From assembly GCA_013150955.1 (NCBI GenBank), contig JAADJD010000038.1:92057-156056 (forward strand): 64,000 nucleotides of DNA, given 5' to 3'. Below are positions 52,890-62,807 of the stretch, one piece after another. The notes under the pieces were generated by a model. It saw only the letters and a program-made list of their open reading frames with translations, ran no database searches and was not told where the DNA came from. The position numbers and the translations under genes are program-made. The DNA comes from Calditrichota bacterium (GTDB lineage: Bacteria > Calditrichota > Calditrichia > RBG-13-44-9 > J042). Position 1 is the first letter of the stretch. Every line of letters starts with the position of its first letter.

Positions 52890-55800
52890 TTAATGAGATT
52901 CGTAGCCTTTCAGCCCACCTTTGGGAACCACCAGTTTGAACAGATTGGGTGCGATCTCAAACACCCGATCATCCGCCACAAATCGGTAAACACCCCGGTG
53001 TTCTTCCACATGCACACCGGCCAGTTGGAGCGTATCCAGCACCATCTGCTGCCACCGGGGCCATTCCCGGGGTTCGATCTGTTCCAGCTTGCCATGAGTA
53101 TACTGCCTGGGATGCAGCCGATCGTAGGGGTCGAAAAACAACATCTTTCCGCGGGATGCGCCTCCCAGCAATTTGGTTCCCCGATAGGGTCGCTCCTGAA
53201 TGCGCAACCGCCCCTGACTGTCGAAATACATCCCCCCAAAGAAAAACCGTCCCCCCATCAGCGATTCGCCGCAATATTTACTGGCACTTCCCAGAATGTG
53301 CACTTTCAGTTCCTGACAGCGGGGATCGTTCACCGAGTTCGTCCACGCGCGATCCACGATGTCCCCCAGGATGAACACACTACCCCCCTTTGACGCATAT
53401 CCACACACCTTTCCAGCATTGCCAAACACGTACAGATTGCCGTGATGCATGGTCATGGCGCAAAAGTTCTGGGCGTTACCGTGCAATCGGATAGTACCGC
53501 CCTGCATGAACGCACCGAAATACTCGCCCGGTATCCCGTACACATCCATTTCCACGTCATCGGTGTCGCCCTGCCCCATTACAGCGGTGGAGATGAGGCG
53601 TTGTCCATTCACCCGATACAGGATGAAGCGACGCCAGCCCCGATCGTATGCCAGACTCAAAAATGCCGCCAGCGATCGTTGGGGATCGGTGCCCTCCGCG
53701 GCAAATCCACTGGCATCGATCAGCAGAGTCTGCCGTTCGGGATCCCTGGCCATGGGCACCTCCGTCTGCTGGCGGGTAGCCCGCACCCATCGATCCGGCT
53801 GACGATCGGCCAGTTCATCCAGCCACTGGTAGAACAACTTCCGGGTAACATCCAGCAGGGAACTCTTTGCTTTCTCCCCGGTATTCATCCGGCGCAAATA
53901 ATCAATAAAATAAGTAAAGATGCGATTCACATCTGCAACGTGCGCATCTTCCGCCAGCTGCATCATCCGGGTAAATACCCAGCGGTACGTGTTAAAATCC
54001 CATTCCGGAAGCTGCTCCTCTACCCATCGGCACAAAAACGTCACCCGGGATTCGCCATCCCGGCTCAATCCATCCTGAATGATGGCCTCCAGTTCCGGAG
54101 CATTTGCCGGCGTCTTCAACGCCTGTCGGCGCAGACTGTAATGCTGGCCGAATTTTTCCAGCGGAAGCGGCTGGCCATAGCGATCGATCAATTCGTAGCG
54201 CGTGATCCGTCCCTGCTCATCGTAATGATAGCGACTGATCATTCCATTGCTGACCAGCACCCGGTCTGCGGCGGCTCCATCGATCAGGCCTTCCTGATCC
54301 AGCAATTCCAGCATTTGTTGAATGGCCTGTTCTTCAGACGCGATGATACTGAATGCCCGGGTTTCCCCGTTGCGTTCATCCACCCAGAATGCCGTGGTAC
54401 TGGGTCGCAGATCGGCCGGATCCTTCAAATCCACCCGCTCGGTGACCCGCCTGTCCGGAAGATGCCGCAGACAGAGATATTGATAGGGGCCATCCGGTGA
54501 ACTGGTAAATTCCACCCGCTGTACCTCCTCCAGCTGCTGGCGAATCTCCGGTGGCATCAGGGCCAGGTCGTCCCCGGTGGTTGGGGAAAAACTCTCGAAC
54601 AACGCCCAGTCCGGATACTCCAGCTCTTCCGCCAGCAGGTGAAATTTCAGGGACGCCACTTCGGTGTCCGTGGTAGCCAGCGGTGGCAGGCCGAACTGTT
54701 CCACCCGCTGTTTCAGGGTTTCGTAGTTGGTGGTTTCTCCATTGTGCGTCAGCGCGGTGTGAAGTTTGGCAAACGGATGCGCATTCATCTGTTCCACAAT
54801 GGAACCGGTGGCCAGGCGCACGTGGATAATGTTGTTGGGGGATGGTGGGGTATCCCAGGGAATTTCCCGTCCAGCAGTCTTCCAGACGGCGAAATTCTTA
54901 CCACAGGACATCACCGCCGCGATGCGCCGAATGCGCTGCCGGTATTTCTCCTTGTGCCAGCGCCAGGGATGGGTACGGATAAAATCGCGCAGCAAGTACA
55001 GGAAGGTTTCACCATAAATATCAATAAATTCATCCGATAGCGGATCCGACTGGGTGAGTACCGGTAAATATTCTTTAAACGCGCGATTGGCTTTCACAAA
55101 CTGCACCCAGCTTTCTGGCTCCACTTCCCACACGTACAGAATCTGAGTCAACATCACGGAGTGGTTGAACACGAACAAATCCTCGGCCTTGCGGAGAAAT
55201 TTTTCATGGGATCGGTAATTGTGTGCCTTCACGTCCGGAAAATATTCGCGAATGTAAGCAAACCGGGGAGACAACAGGATCTCCTGCTCAATAAACTCCT
55301 GCAGCACCCGCGGCTTGACCCGCACAAAAAACCGGTACACGTCTCCGGGATCGGTATTCTCATTCCCAAATTCCCGATAGTCGCGTTCCCGACCCCGGGA
55401 ATCCCGTTTGTAGGGTTCCCTTACCTTCTCGATTTCGGTTTCGCCGGCAAAATCGAAATAGGGATCCAGAAAGACTTTCTTGATTTTTTCCGCCAGTTTC
55501 GATCGGTATCTCAGCAATACTTGCCGCGCCTGGTAGCGAAACTCCGCCTCATCGGCAGGCACTTCCCCCTGCCGGCGCAGGGCATCCTCCACTTCCAGCT
55601 GCAGCTTCCCTTTCACCATGATGCGATAGGCATAGTGATCGGGAAACTCCGGGAAGCAGAGCGTTTTCCCCACTCCAACACCGTCCATGCCACGATTCTT
55701 CATGGCGGCCAGCGTGCGATCCAGCACGTAGCTGGGAATGTTGTGAGTACCAATCACCGCGGCCACTCCACAATTGGATTGTCCTGTGGGATGGACAGCC

Positions 55801-58800
55801 TCTTTCTGCGCCGCCCGCTGCTTCAGATAATCCCGATACTGCCGGATGCGGAAATCCACCCGTTCCTTGAGTCCCAGCCACTGTATCTTGTCGAAGCGTC
55901 CCCGCAATTCCCGAATATCCCGAAAGCCCAGTCCCGCCAGCGCACGGATCACCTGCATCTGCATGATTAGAAAGGCATTGATCATCTGGCGGGAATTTTT
56001 CTCCACATCCCGCAGGTTTTGCATGATCAAATTGCTGGTGGCAATGCCGCGGGAACAACCATCGTGACAGTTGCGATTGCGATCGCAGCCAATGGCCACC
56101 ATGGGTGCGGTTCCCCAGATCACACCATCGGCACCCAGGGCAATGGCTTTGATGACGTCTTCATAGGTACGAATGCCCCCGCTGACGAAGAACTTCACGT
56201 AGTTGCGCAACCCATCCTGCACAAGCCGATCGTGAATCAGGGGAATGGCGTACTCGATGTGCATGCCCATCTGCCCCTTAATGATATTGGGAGATGCCCC
56301 GGTTCCCCCGCGGGGGCCGTCCAGCCAGAGCTCAATCTTCATCCCGTATTTGCGGGCATATTCGGAAAGCACCCGCGAGAGTTCTACCGTGTTGTCCTGA
56401 ATTTCCCGCGCTTTTTCCCGCAGCACCTCCTCGGTATTGTCCTTGGCAATGCGTCCCAGTCCCGCGGCAATAAATTCAATATCCACCGATGGCGACACCT
56501 TAACGCTGACCACGGCGCGGGGGTTGATCATCCGCACAATATCAATAAACGCCTTCACATCCTCAATGGAATAACAATTGTGAAACGGGAATGGGGAGAT
56601 GATGCTGGTGTACGACAGGCCGATGACTTCCTCGGTCAGGCGCAAAATGTGCTCAAACTCGATGGGATCCAGTTTCCCTTCCGCATTCAGCTGATACGCC
56701 GTCTGTTGAATCTGCCACAGCCAGTGTTTCAATTCCGGAAAGATCTCGTTTTCATCGTAAGCGCGCTGCAGATGTGGCGAGGCCTCCTGCGCCACCGCTT
56801 TTAACGGATGATGGGCTTCTCGCTCAATCTTTTCGATTTTCTGGATCAGCTGCTGGATCTTCTCGTTGTCCAGGTATTCCAGCCCTTCCACGCCCCGCAA
56901 ATAGGCCACCAGCTTGTTCACCTTTTGCGCCAGGATGTGCCCCCCAATGCCCATCTTGGCCCCCTGGCTGTAGGCAATTACCACCCGGCGGGCCTTCTTG
57001 ATGGTTTCCTTGGTGACGCCAAACAGGCCCGTTTTTAACTCCGTGGACACGTACGGCTCATCTTCTTTGTCCACCACCACATAGAACAAAAACGGCTGCA
57101 ATTCCGGGTACTGATTGAGCGTTTCAAAAATGCGGGGGTGTTTTTCCGGTGTAATCCCATTTTTTTGCAAAATTTCCTTGATCTCCCGAACGGTGTAGTG
57201 CCGATCGTGCTGGAAGTAGGGTTTCATGACCTGAATATCCGGCTCGGTAAAGAAGATTGGCTCCCCTTTGCGATTCAGGAAGAAACAGGTGGGATAGCCT
57301 CCCTCACCGGTGTCGTACTGAATGCCCAGTTCTCGGGCGGCAATCACGTGGGCCCGCCAGCTGTCCAGACCAATCGACCCCACGGACTTTCCGCCAAACA
57401 TCCAGGGTGCGCGCAAAATTAGGTCTTTATCCAGCATCACCGCGGTTTTTACCCGATCCAGCTCCTCCTCTGGAATGCGATCCGGATCCCGCTGGTACAG
57501 AATTTTCATCACATCGAAACCATCACCCAGCAGGCCGGTGCCTTTCACATTGCGCAGCTCGGCCATCTGCAAATCCCCGGCAGCCATGCGTCCCAGCGTC
57601 TCAATCACCTCGCCCGGCCAGACGTGATCCCGGTGATAAACCGACAGGTTCACCTCATCCAGGTGGTAAAAATCGTGTGGCGGACGCAACGGCACCACCC
57701 GCTGCTTCAATTCCGTGTACCGGGGCGAAGCGTCTTCGGGCAGCGGTTCCGCCTCAATCAATTCCCGATTGAGCCGCTCGTAGACCTCCAGACGACGCTC
57801 ATCTTCAAAGATTTGCTTCTGGATGCGCTCTTCCAGTTCGTAAAAATCGATCAGGCGTCCCTCTTCCCCCACGGTTTTCTTCAAGTCCTTGAATCCGGCT
57901 GCACCCAGCACCTCCAGAATCTGCACCTTGCGGGATTCCATCTGATTATTCAGGCGCTGAACCGCCCAGTCAATGTCCAGATTCATCAGCTTCTCGGTGG
58001 TGGTTTTCCGCTCCAGAATGGCCCGGTAGGCGTAGGGATCCAGCGCCAGCAGGGCAGCAAAATCGATCAGAGTCGCGGCTGCCCCCCGCTGAATGGTCTT
58101 TTGACTGTCGGAAGCCAGCCGGATGCCACCGGAAGCGATCAACGAAACCAGATGCCGCCGACCACTGGCCAGCAGGTAATGGTGAATGGCGCGCACGGCC
58201 TGAGAGGTCACAAAATAATTATCTTTGTTCCGCAATCCATGAATGTGAATGACGTCCACACCCAGTTTCAAAAAGTCCTCGATCTTTTGCTGCAGGTGGG
58301 GCAAAATCTCCATTCCCCCGATGATGTCGTACTCGGACACCTCCAGGTAACCGCAAATCAGCGGCGATTTGCCATTGGTCGCCGCCACCGAATTGCGAAT
58401 GAACTCCACGGTTTGATCCATTTTGGGGTGATACAACACCTCGAACATGGGCATGCCCCATAGATCCGTCAAAAATTCTCGCGTCACATGGGGATGCACC
58501 TGCAAATGATCGATCAGCTCCTGATCAAAACGGGGAACAATGACCGGGGGTAGCTGGGTGTACCCGCCCTCTTCCTTCCAGAAATCATAATATTCCAGGA
58601 ATCGATTGAATTTGATCACCACCAGGGTGCCCTGCTGCTCGGCCACTTTAATGAAGGCCAGTTCCACCCGCCCGTTGCTTTCCAGTGGCACCGCGTTGTA
58701 AAGGATCGGGCTTTTTAATTTGAGGGTGGGGAATTCCGGATTGTGCAGGTTACCCGCTTCGTCGAACCGGCAATACCGGTAGCGGCGTCCCAGCGTGACC

Positions 58801-61562
58801 GAAAGCTCTTCATCGGGATCGCCCTCATGCAAACGATTCTGCGCCGGCCCCACGATGTGGAAATGGCTAAAACGCTCCGCATCGAAGCCAATCCCCATAT
58901 GTCGATCGCCCTGCCCCATGCCGGAGACCGGTATCTGCCCGGTGGAGGCCTCCTTGTCGATTTCCATCAAAATGTCCTCGGTCAAATAAATATCGGCCAT
59001 CTCGGTCAGCTCCGGCGACCGCTGGATGATGGTGGTATCCCGCAAAAACTGCTTGCGGCTTTCCCAGTAGCGTTTTTCCTCCAGATCCACCGCGTGTTCA
59101 ATCAATTCATCAATGTATTCCCGTTCCGCCTGAATGGCCTTGTTCTGGGGACAGAAATTGATGCAGGCGTTGCACAGGGCACAGTTCTCATCCAGCAGAA
59201 CCGGAATTTCCCGCGGTTTCCCGATGCGCGCACCATAGGTGCAGGCATTTTCGTGGGCACACATGCCACAACGGATGCAGGTTTCGGGATCGATGAACAG
59301 TTTTCCGTAGGGAAATCCCCGCGGATAAATAATTTTCAATCCGTGCTCCAGATGGGAGCGTTCTTCCTTCTGTTCCGCCAGGGTGTGTTCCCGGTACAGG
59401 GGACTCTGCTTCATGATGTCCCAGAAGCGCTCGATGAAATCGGACTTTTCCTCCTGGGAAATCCCCAGAGCCAGCTGGAAGCGGGTATCGGCTTCCACCA
59501 GATCGAACATACGCGTCAGGGGAATATCGGTGGGACACACGCGGGTGCAGTTGTCACAACGGGTGCAGACCAGGAATCCCAGCGCTTCCTGCTGACTGAT
59601 CGTTTCCCCGCGAGCCAGGCGAACGGCCGTCTTTCGCCGGGTGATGGGGGTGGCCACTCCCAGCAGTCCGAAAACGTCGCTGGTGGGACACACCCGCTCA
59701 CAGCTGTCGCACTCGGCACAATTCACCGCCATTTGCAAAATGGGATCGCGCTGGGTCTCCAGCCGGGGTGGAATGACCCGTGGAAAAATCAGTTTATTCA
59801 ATTTCCAGAACAATCGGGGGATGGAATACAGAGACATGCGGCGCCCATTCTCCTGGCCCCGCTGAAGCAGGCGCACGCCGTATTCCATGAAAATTGGGGT
59901 GAGCTTTTGAAATATTCGCAAACTGAGCTTGCGACCCACCGGATTGACGAATTTTACCTGATTTATCAGCCGATGGGGATCCTGTTCTTTTTTCAACGCC
60001 CATAATTGTTGTACACGACCGGCCTGTCCTGGGCCCTCCATGCGCTTCATGAACGGCAAATTCCAGATGCCCACCCCATAGGGTCGGCCCCCAAAATGAA
60101 TGGCCGCCTGCGTCATAAAGGGTACCAGTCCCAGATAGGTTTTGTGACGCAGGGTATCGGTATTGGCCAGCAAAATGGTCTGCAACAAAATTTCTCCACC
60201 GTTCAGGACATGGCCTTCGGTTTTCACGGGATTTTGTGTCCAGTCAGAAATGGCCGACTGAATGAAGGCCATGTATTCCGGGAAGCGGGCCAGGGGGACA
60301 ATCGTTTCGCTGACCAGCATGGAAGGGCCTTTTTGCTTCATCTGCACCGGCTGGTAGCGGTGATCCCACAGCTTATGAGCCACCGATGCAGGCAGGCGAT
60401 CGTACACCAGCCCCTGATAGCGCCGCCTCTCCCGCGAAGCACTGAACAATGGATATTTCAGCGCCGCCTGATAGTCCTCCCGGGTATCGAATTCCAGCAC
60501 CACGGTGTGGTTTAGATCCTTCAGCTGCTCCACCACTTCCTGCTCCGCACGGGCACGGCGAATGAGCAGATCGTCCTCCTTCTCCAGCGCCCGATTCAGC
60601 TCCTGCTGCAATTTCTCCTTCTCAATTTCATAGGTGGTGATCAGGTAATTGCGATCGAAATACAGGATGGACGTGGGGCGCAATCCCCAGGCCTGGATCA
60701 GCTCCACAAACCGCTGAACGGACTGGGCATTGGGGAAGGAAAAGGCAAACGGCTTGGAGACGTACGTCAGCGGCTGTACCCGGAGGGTTATTCCCGCAAT
60801 AATACCCAGCTGGCCCTCGCTGGAAAACAGTTGATCAAAGGCTTCGTGCCCGGGATGTACGCTGATCCATTCCCCCTGCGGATTTAACAGCAGAATGGCC
60901 TCCACCGATTGCCGCACGTGACCGTATTTATAGGCACCCAGTCCCAATCCACCGGTCGCCACCCAGCCGCAAATGGTTCCCGAATGGGGATTGGTAATAT
61001 CCTGCCGTAAGGTAAATCCCTTTTGCCGCAGGTATTTGCGCATGTCCGCAAAAATAACGCCCGGCCCAACCGTCAACAGATTCTCCGCCGCATGCAGATG
61101 ATAAAAATCCAGATGGGACAGATCCAGAATCACCTCGTGGTTCATAGGAACCGCGCCGCCAAACGGCCAGGTACCCGCCCCCCGAATGGTATAATGCAGG
61201 CGATGTTGCCCGGCATACCGAACGAACTGGCGCAAATCCTCCAGCGTGCCAGGACGCACCACAAAGCGGGCACGAATGGTCAGCAACACTTTCTTAAAAA
61301 ATTCGGGAATGAAAGCCGTTCCCGAATCATTATGGTAAATGCGCTGTTGTACGTCAGACAGGGAGAACAGAACACTGGCATCGCTCAACAGGCCCCGCAA
61401 CTCCGTATAAACGGGATCGCGTTCCAGGCCCTGCCCATCCTTTAATTCCGGGAACTTTTCGAACAACAGATCCAGCGCCTGATGTTGCGCCCGTACCCGA
61501 TGCGCTGCCGATTGCTGAAACAGGGGATCAAAATAGGAAGAAATTGCCGAATTGCTCATCAA
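52890..61562 (-). CDS. Giant fusion: FAD-binding oxidoreductase + 4x[4Fe-4S] motifs + two glutamate-synthase FMN domains + class II GATase + GXGXG domain (2890 aa)
   Basis: RGAGT..GGAVP, GTICGWVATG, SEGQLGII; CAECDSCERVCP, CTRCDNCTRVCP, CIRCGMC, CALCNACINFCP; IASGGIR; DTGEGG, SQGAKMGIGGH, DGPRGGTGASP, SGGIRT..ALGAD, CDRNRNCHDGC; NCGVAA, HVRLAT, AHPF, HNGE, TDTE; GQR, GNAQ, GYASKGG. Confidence 0.9.
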   Translation of the reverse strand: MMSNSAISSYFDPLFQQSAAHRVRAQHQALDLLFEKFPELKDGQGLERDPVYTELRGLLSDASVLFSLSDVQQRIYHNDSGTAFIPEFFKKVLLTIRARFVVRPGTLEDLRQFVRYAGQHRLHYTIRGAGTWPFGGAVPMNHEVILDLSHLDFYHLHAAENLLTVGPGVIFADMRKYLRQKGFTLRQDITNPHSGTICGWVATGGLGLGAYKYGHVRQSVEAILLLNPQGEWISVHPGHEAFDQLFSSEGQLGIIAGITLRVQPLTYVSKPFAFSFPNAQSVQRFVELIQAWGLRPTSILYFDRNYLITTYEIEKEKLQQELNRALEKEDDLLIRRARAEQEVVEQLKDLNHTVVLEFDTREDYQAALKYPLFSASRERRRYQGLVYDRLPASVAHKLWDHRYQPVQMKQKGPSMLVSETIVPLARFPEYMAFIQSAISDWTQNPVKTEGHVLNGGEILLQTILLANTDTLRHKTYLGLVPFMTQAAIHFGGRPYGVGIWNLPFMKRMEGPGQAGRVQQLWALKKEQDPHRLINQVKFVNPVGRKLSLRIFQKLTPIFMEYGVRLLQRGQENGRRMSLYSIPRLFWKLNKLIFPRVIPPRLETQRDPILQMAVNCAECDSCERVCPTSDVFGLLGVATPITRRKTAVRLARGETISQQEALGFLVCTRCDNCTRVCPTDIPLTRMFDLVEADTRFQLALGISQEEKSDFIERFWDIMKQSPLYREHTLAEQKEERSHLEHGLKIIYPRGFPYGKLFIDPETCIRCGMCAHENACTYGARIGKPREIPVLLDENCALCNACINFCPQNKAIQAEREYIDELIEHAVDLEEKRYWESRKQFLRDTTIIQRSPELTEMADIYLTEDILMEIDKEASTGQIPVSGMGQGDRHMGIGFDAERFSHFHIVGPAQNRLHEGDPDEELSVTLGRRYRYCRFDEAGNLHNPEFPTLKLKSPILYNAVPLESNGRVELAFIKVAEQQGTLVVIKFNRFLEYYDFWKEEGGYTQLPPVIVPRFDQELIDHLQVHPHVTREFLTDLWGMPMFEVLYHPKMDQTVEFIRNSVAATNGKSPLICGYLEVSEYDIIGGMEILPHLQQKIEDFLKLGVDVIHIHGLRNKDNYFVTSQAVRAIHHYLLASGRRHLVSLIASGGIRLASDSQKTIQRGAAATLIDFAALLALDPYAYRAILERKTTTEKLMNLDIDWAVQRLNNQMESRKVQILEVLGAAGFKDLKKTVGEEGRLIDFYELEERIQKQIFEDERRLEVYERLNRELIEAEPLPEDASPRYTELKQRVVPLRPPHDFYHLDEVNLSVYHRDHVWPGEVIETLGRMAAGDLQMAELRNVKGTGLLGDGFDVMKILYQRDPDRIPEEELDRVKTAVMLDKDLILRAPWMFGGKSVGSIGLDSWRAHVIAARELGIQYDTGEGGYPTCFFLNRKGEPIFFTEPDIQVMKPYFQHDRHYTVREIKEILQKNGITPEKHPRIFETLNQYPELQPFLFYVVVDKEDEPYVSTELKTGLFGVTKETIKKARRVVIAYSQGAKMGIGGHILAQKVNKLVAYLRGVEGLEYLDNEKIQQLIQKIEKIEREAHHPLKAVAQEASPHLQRAYDENEIFPELKHWLWQIQQTAYQLNAEGKLDPIEFEHILRLTEEVIGLSYTSIISPFPFHNCYSIEDVKAFIDIVRMINPRAVVSVKVSPSVDIEFIAAGLGRIAKDNTEEVLREKAREIQDNTVELSRVLSEYARKYGMKIELWLDGPRGGTGASPNIIKGQMGMHIEYAIPLIHDRLVQDGLRNYVKFFVSGGIRTYEDVIKAIALGADGVIWGTAPMVAIGCDRNRNCHDGCSRGIATSNLIMQNLRDVEKNSRQMINAFLIMQMQVIRALAGLGFRDIRELRGRFDKIQWLGLKERVDFRIRQYRDYLKQRAAQKEAVHPTGQSNCGVAAVIGTHNIPSYVLDRTLAAMKNRGMDGVGVGKTLCFPEFPDHYAYRIMVKGKLQLEVEDALRRQGEVPADEAEFRYQARQVLLRYRSKLAEKIKKVFLDPYFDFAGETEIEKVREPYKRDSRGRERDYREFGNENTDPGDVYRFFVRVKPRVLQEFIEQEILLSPRFAYIREYFPDVKAHNYRSHEKFLRKAEDLFVFNHSVMLTQILYVWEVEPESWVQFVKANRAFKEYLPVLTQSDPLSDEFIDIYGETFLYLLRDFIRTHPWRWHKEKYRQRIRRIAAVMSCGKNFAVWKTAGREIPWDTPPSPNNIIHVRLATGSIVEQMNAHPFAKLHTALTHNGETTNYETLKQRVEQFGLPPLATTDTEVASLKFHLLAEELEYPDWALFESFSPTTGDDLALMPPEIRQQLEEVQRVEFTSSPDGPYQYLCLRHLPDRRVTERVDLKDPADLRPSTTAFWVDERNGETRAFSIIASEEQAIQQMLELLDQEGLIDGAAADRVLVSNGMISRYHYDEQGRITRYELIDRYGQPLPLEKFGQHYSLRRQALKTPANAPELEAIIQDGLSRDGESRVTFLCRWVEEQLPEWDFNTYRWVFTRMMQLAEDAHVADVNRIFTYFIDYLRRMNTGEKAKSSLLDVTRKLFYQWLDELADRQPDRWVRATRQQTEVPMARDPERQTLLIDASGFAAEGTDPQRSLAAFLSLAYDRGWRRFILYRVNGQRLISTAVMGQGDTDDVEMDVYGIPGEYFGAFMQGGTIRLHGNAQNFCAMTMHHGNLYVFGNAGKVCGYASKGGSVFILGDIVDRAWTNSVNDPRCQELKVHILGSASKYCGESLMGGRFFFGGMYFDSQGRLRIQERPYRGTKLLGGASRGKMLFFDPYDRLHPRQYTHGKLEQIEPREWPRWQQMVLDTLQLAGVHVEEHRGVYRFVADDRVFEIAPNLFKLVVPKGGLKGYESH

Positions 61563-61868
61563 AATATTCCAATTTTGTTTAATTTGAATTTCACAATTTC
61601 AAAGGGAGCCAAAATTATGCCCGAATGAACATCATTTTTTTGCAAACCATCAAAATTTAAAAATCAATTTTACGAAGAAAATCTACCAATTAAAAATCGG
61701 AAAATTTTTTCTGAAAATGAGGAAAAAGCGGAACTTGTGGAACCCGGAAAGGATTGCGAACGATGCGGTCAATATTTTCCATGGGGAATGCCGCAGATTA
61801 CAAGCCTGCGGTACCTTTCCCTTTCCTTTCAGAAGAATCCGCCGTTTTTCCGGAGAAAAAGCAATCCA

Positions 61869-62465
61869 TCAGGGCTCGTAAATATCGCTGAATCGCCGAC
61901 GCGTGCGCTGCACATCCTTCCAGAATTTTACCTTGTAATAGATGGAGTCCAGGCGGGAGACGGAAATGCCAAATTGCCGGGCCACTTTTTGTTCCAGCTC
62001 GGTGGTCGAATCCAGTGGGGGAATGCCGTACTTAAACAGGGTATCCAGATAGCAATTGTACACACAAATTTCCCAGTCGCTGGGTGCCGTCAACCAGGAC
62101 GAATCCGGCTTCCAGTCTCGTAAATCCCACAAAATGCCTTTACCCGGTTTATACACGCATCCGGTCTTGGATTCGGTGCCAATGGGATCCGTTTCCTTAA
62201 ACACATAGACATAGGTTTTGCGTTTGGGGGGATCGGTACCCGGGAAAAAGAGCATCAGTCGAATTTGTTCCATTAATTCCGCGGTGGTTAAAAACGGGGG
62301 AACCATGATTTTGATGGTGTTAAAAAACGGGCCGTAATCCTGGTAAATAATCTGGTATTGGATGTTTAACGTGTCCCACATGGAAGGCTGAGCCTTAGAG
62401 ATTCCGGTCAACCCCAGCAGAATGGCCACGATTAGGACACGTACGTGCCTGTTCCATTTCCCCAT
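61869..62465 (-). CDS. Hypothetical exported protein
   Basis: Signal peptide (VLIVAILLGLTGISKA|Q), non-overlapping 198-aa ORF; no family recognised. Confidence 0.65.
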   Translation of the reverse strand: MGKWNRHVRVLIVAILLGLTGISKAQPSMWDTLNIQYQIIYQDYGPFFNTIKIMVPPFLTTAELMEQIRLMLFFPGTDPPKRKTYVYVFKETDPIGTESKTGCVYKPGKGILWDLRDWKPDSSWLTAPSDWEICVYNCYLDTLFKYGIPPLDSTTELEQKVARQFGISVSRLDSIYYKVKFWKDVQRTRRRFSDIYEP

Positions 62466-62601
62466 GGCTCACCGCAATCTTTCTGTTTTAAGAATAATAA
62501 GGCCTGGCGTCGGACATTTCCACAAAAAAATGGCGGGCAATTAATTTTTTCCTGGTTTTCAGCAGTTGACGGTACCAGTCAAATCTCGACGGGTGATTTC
62601 A

Positions 62602-62768
62602 TCCCAGATTAAGCATTAGAACCACGAATTACACGAATTAACACCAATAAAAATAATAAAATGCACTTGATTCTATCTGGATGAAAATGTTTGCCCGGAT
62701 ATATTCGCTATTTTGTTGATTTTTTTCGAATTCATTCGCGTGATTCGCGGTTTAATCATCATTTGGGT
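62602..62768 (+). mobile_element. MITE-like element, full copy (subfamily A)
   Basis: TCCCAGATTAAGCATTAGAACCACGAATTACACGAATT...ATTCGCGTGATTCGCGGTTTAATCATCATTTGGGT; flanks TCA/TAA. Confidence 0.85.
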
Positions 62769-62807
62769 TAAAACGAACTGAAGTCGATGGCCTGGAGTTA
62801 CTGGATA

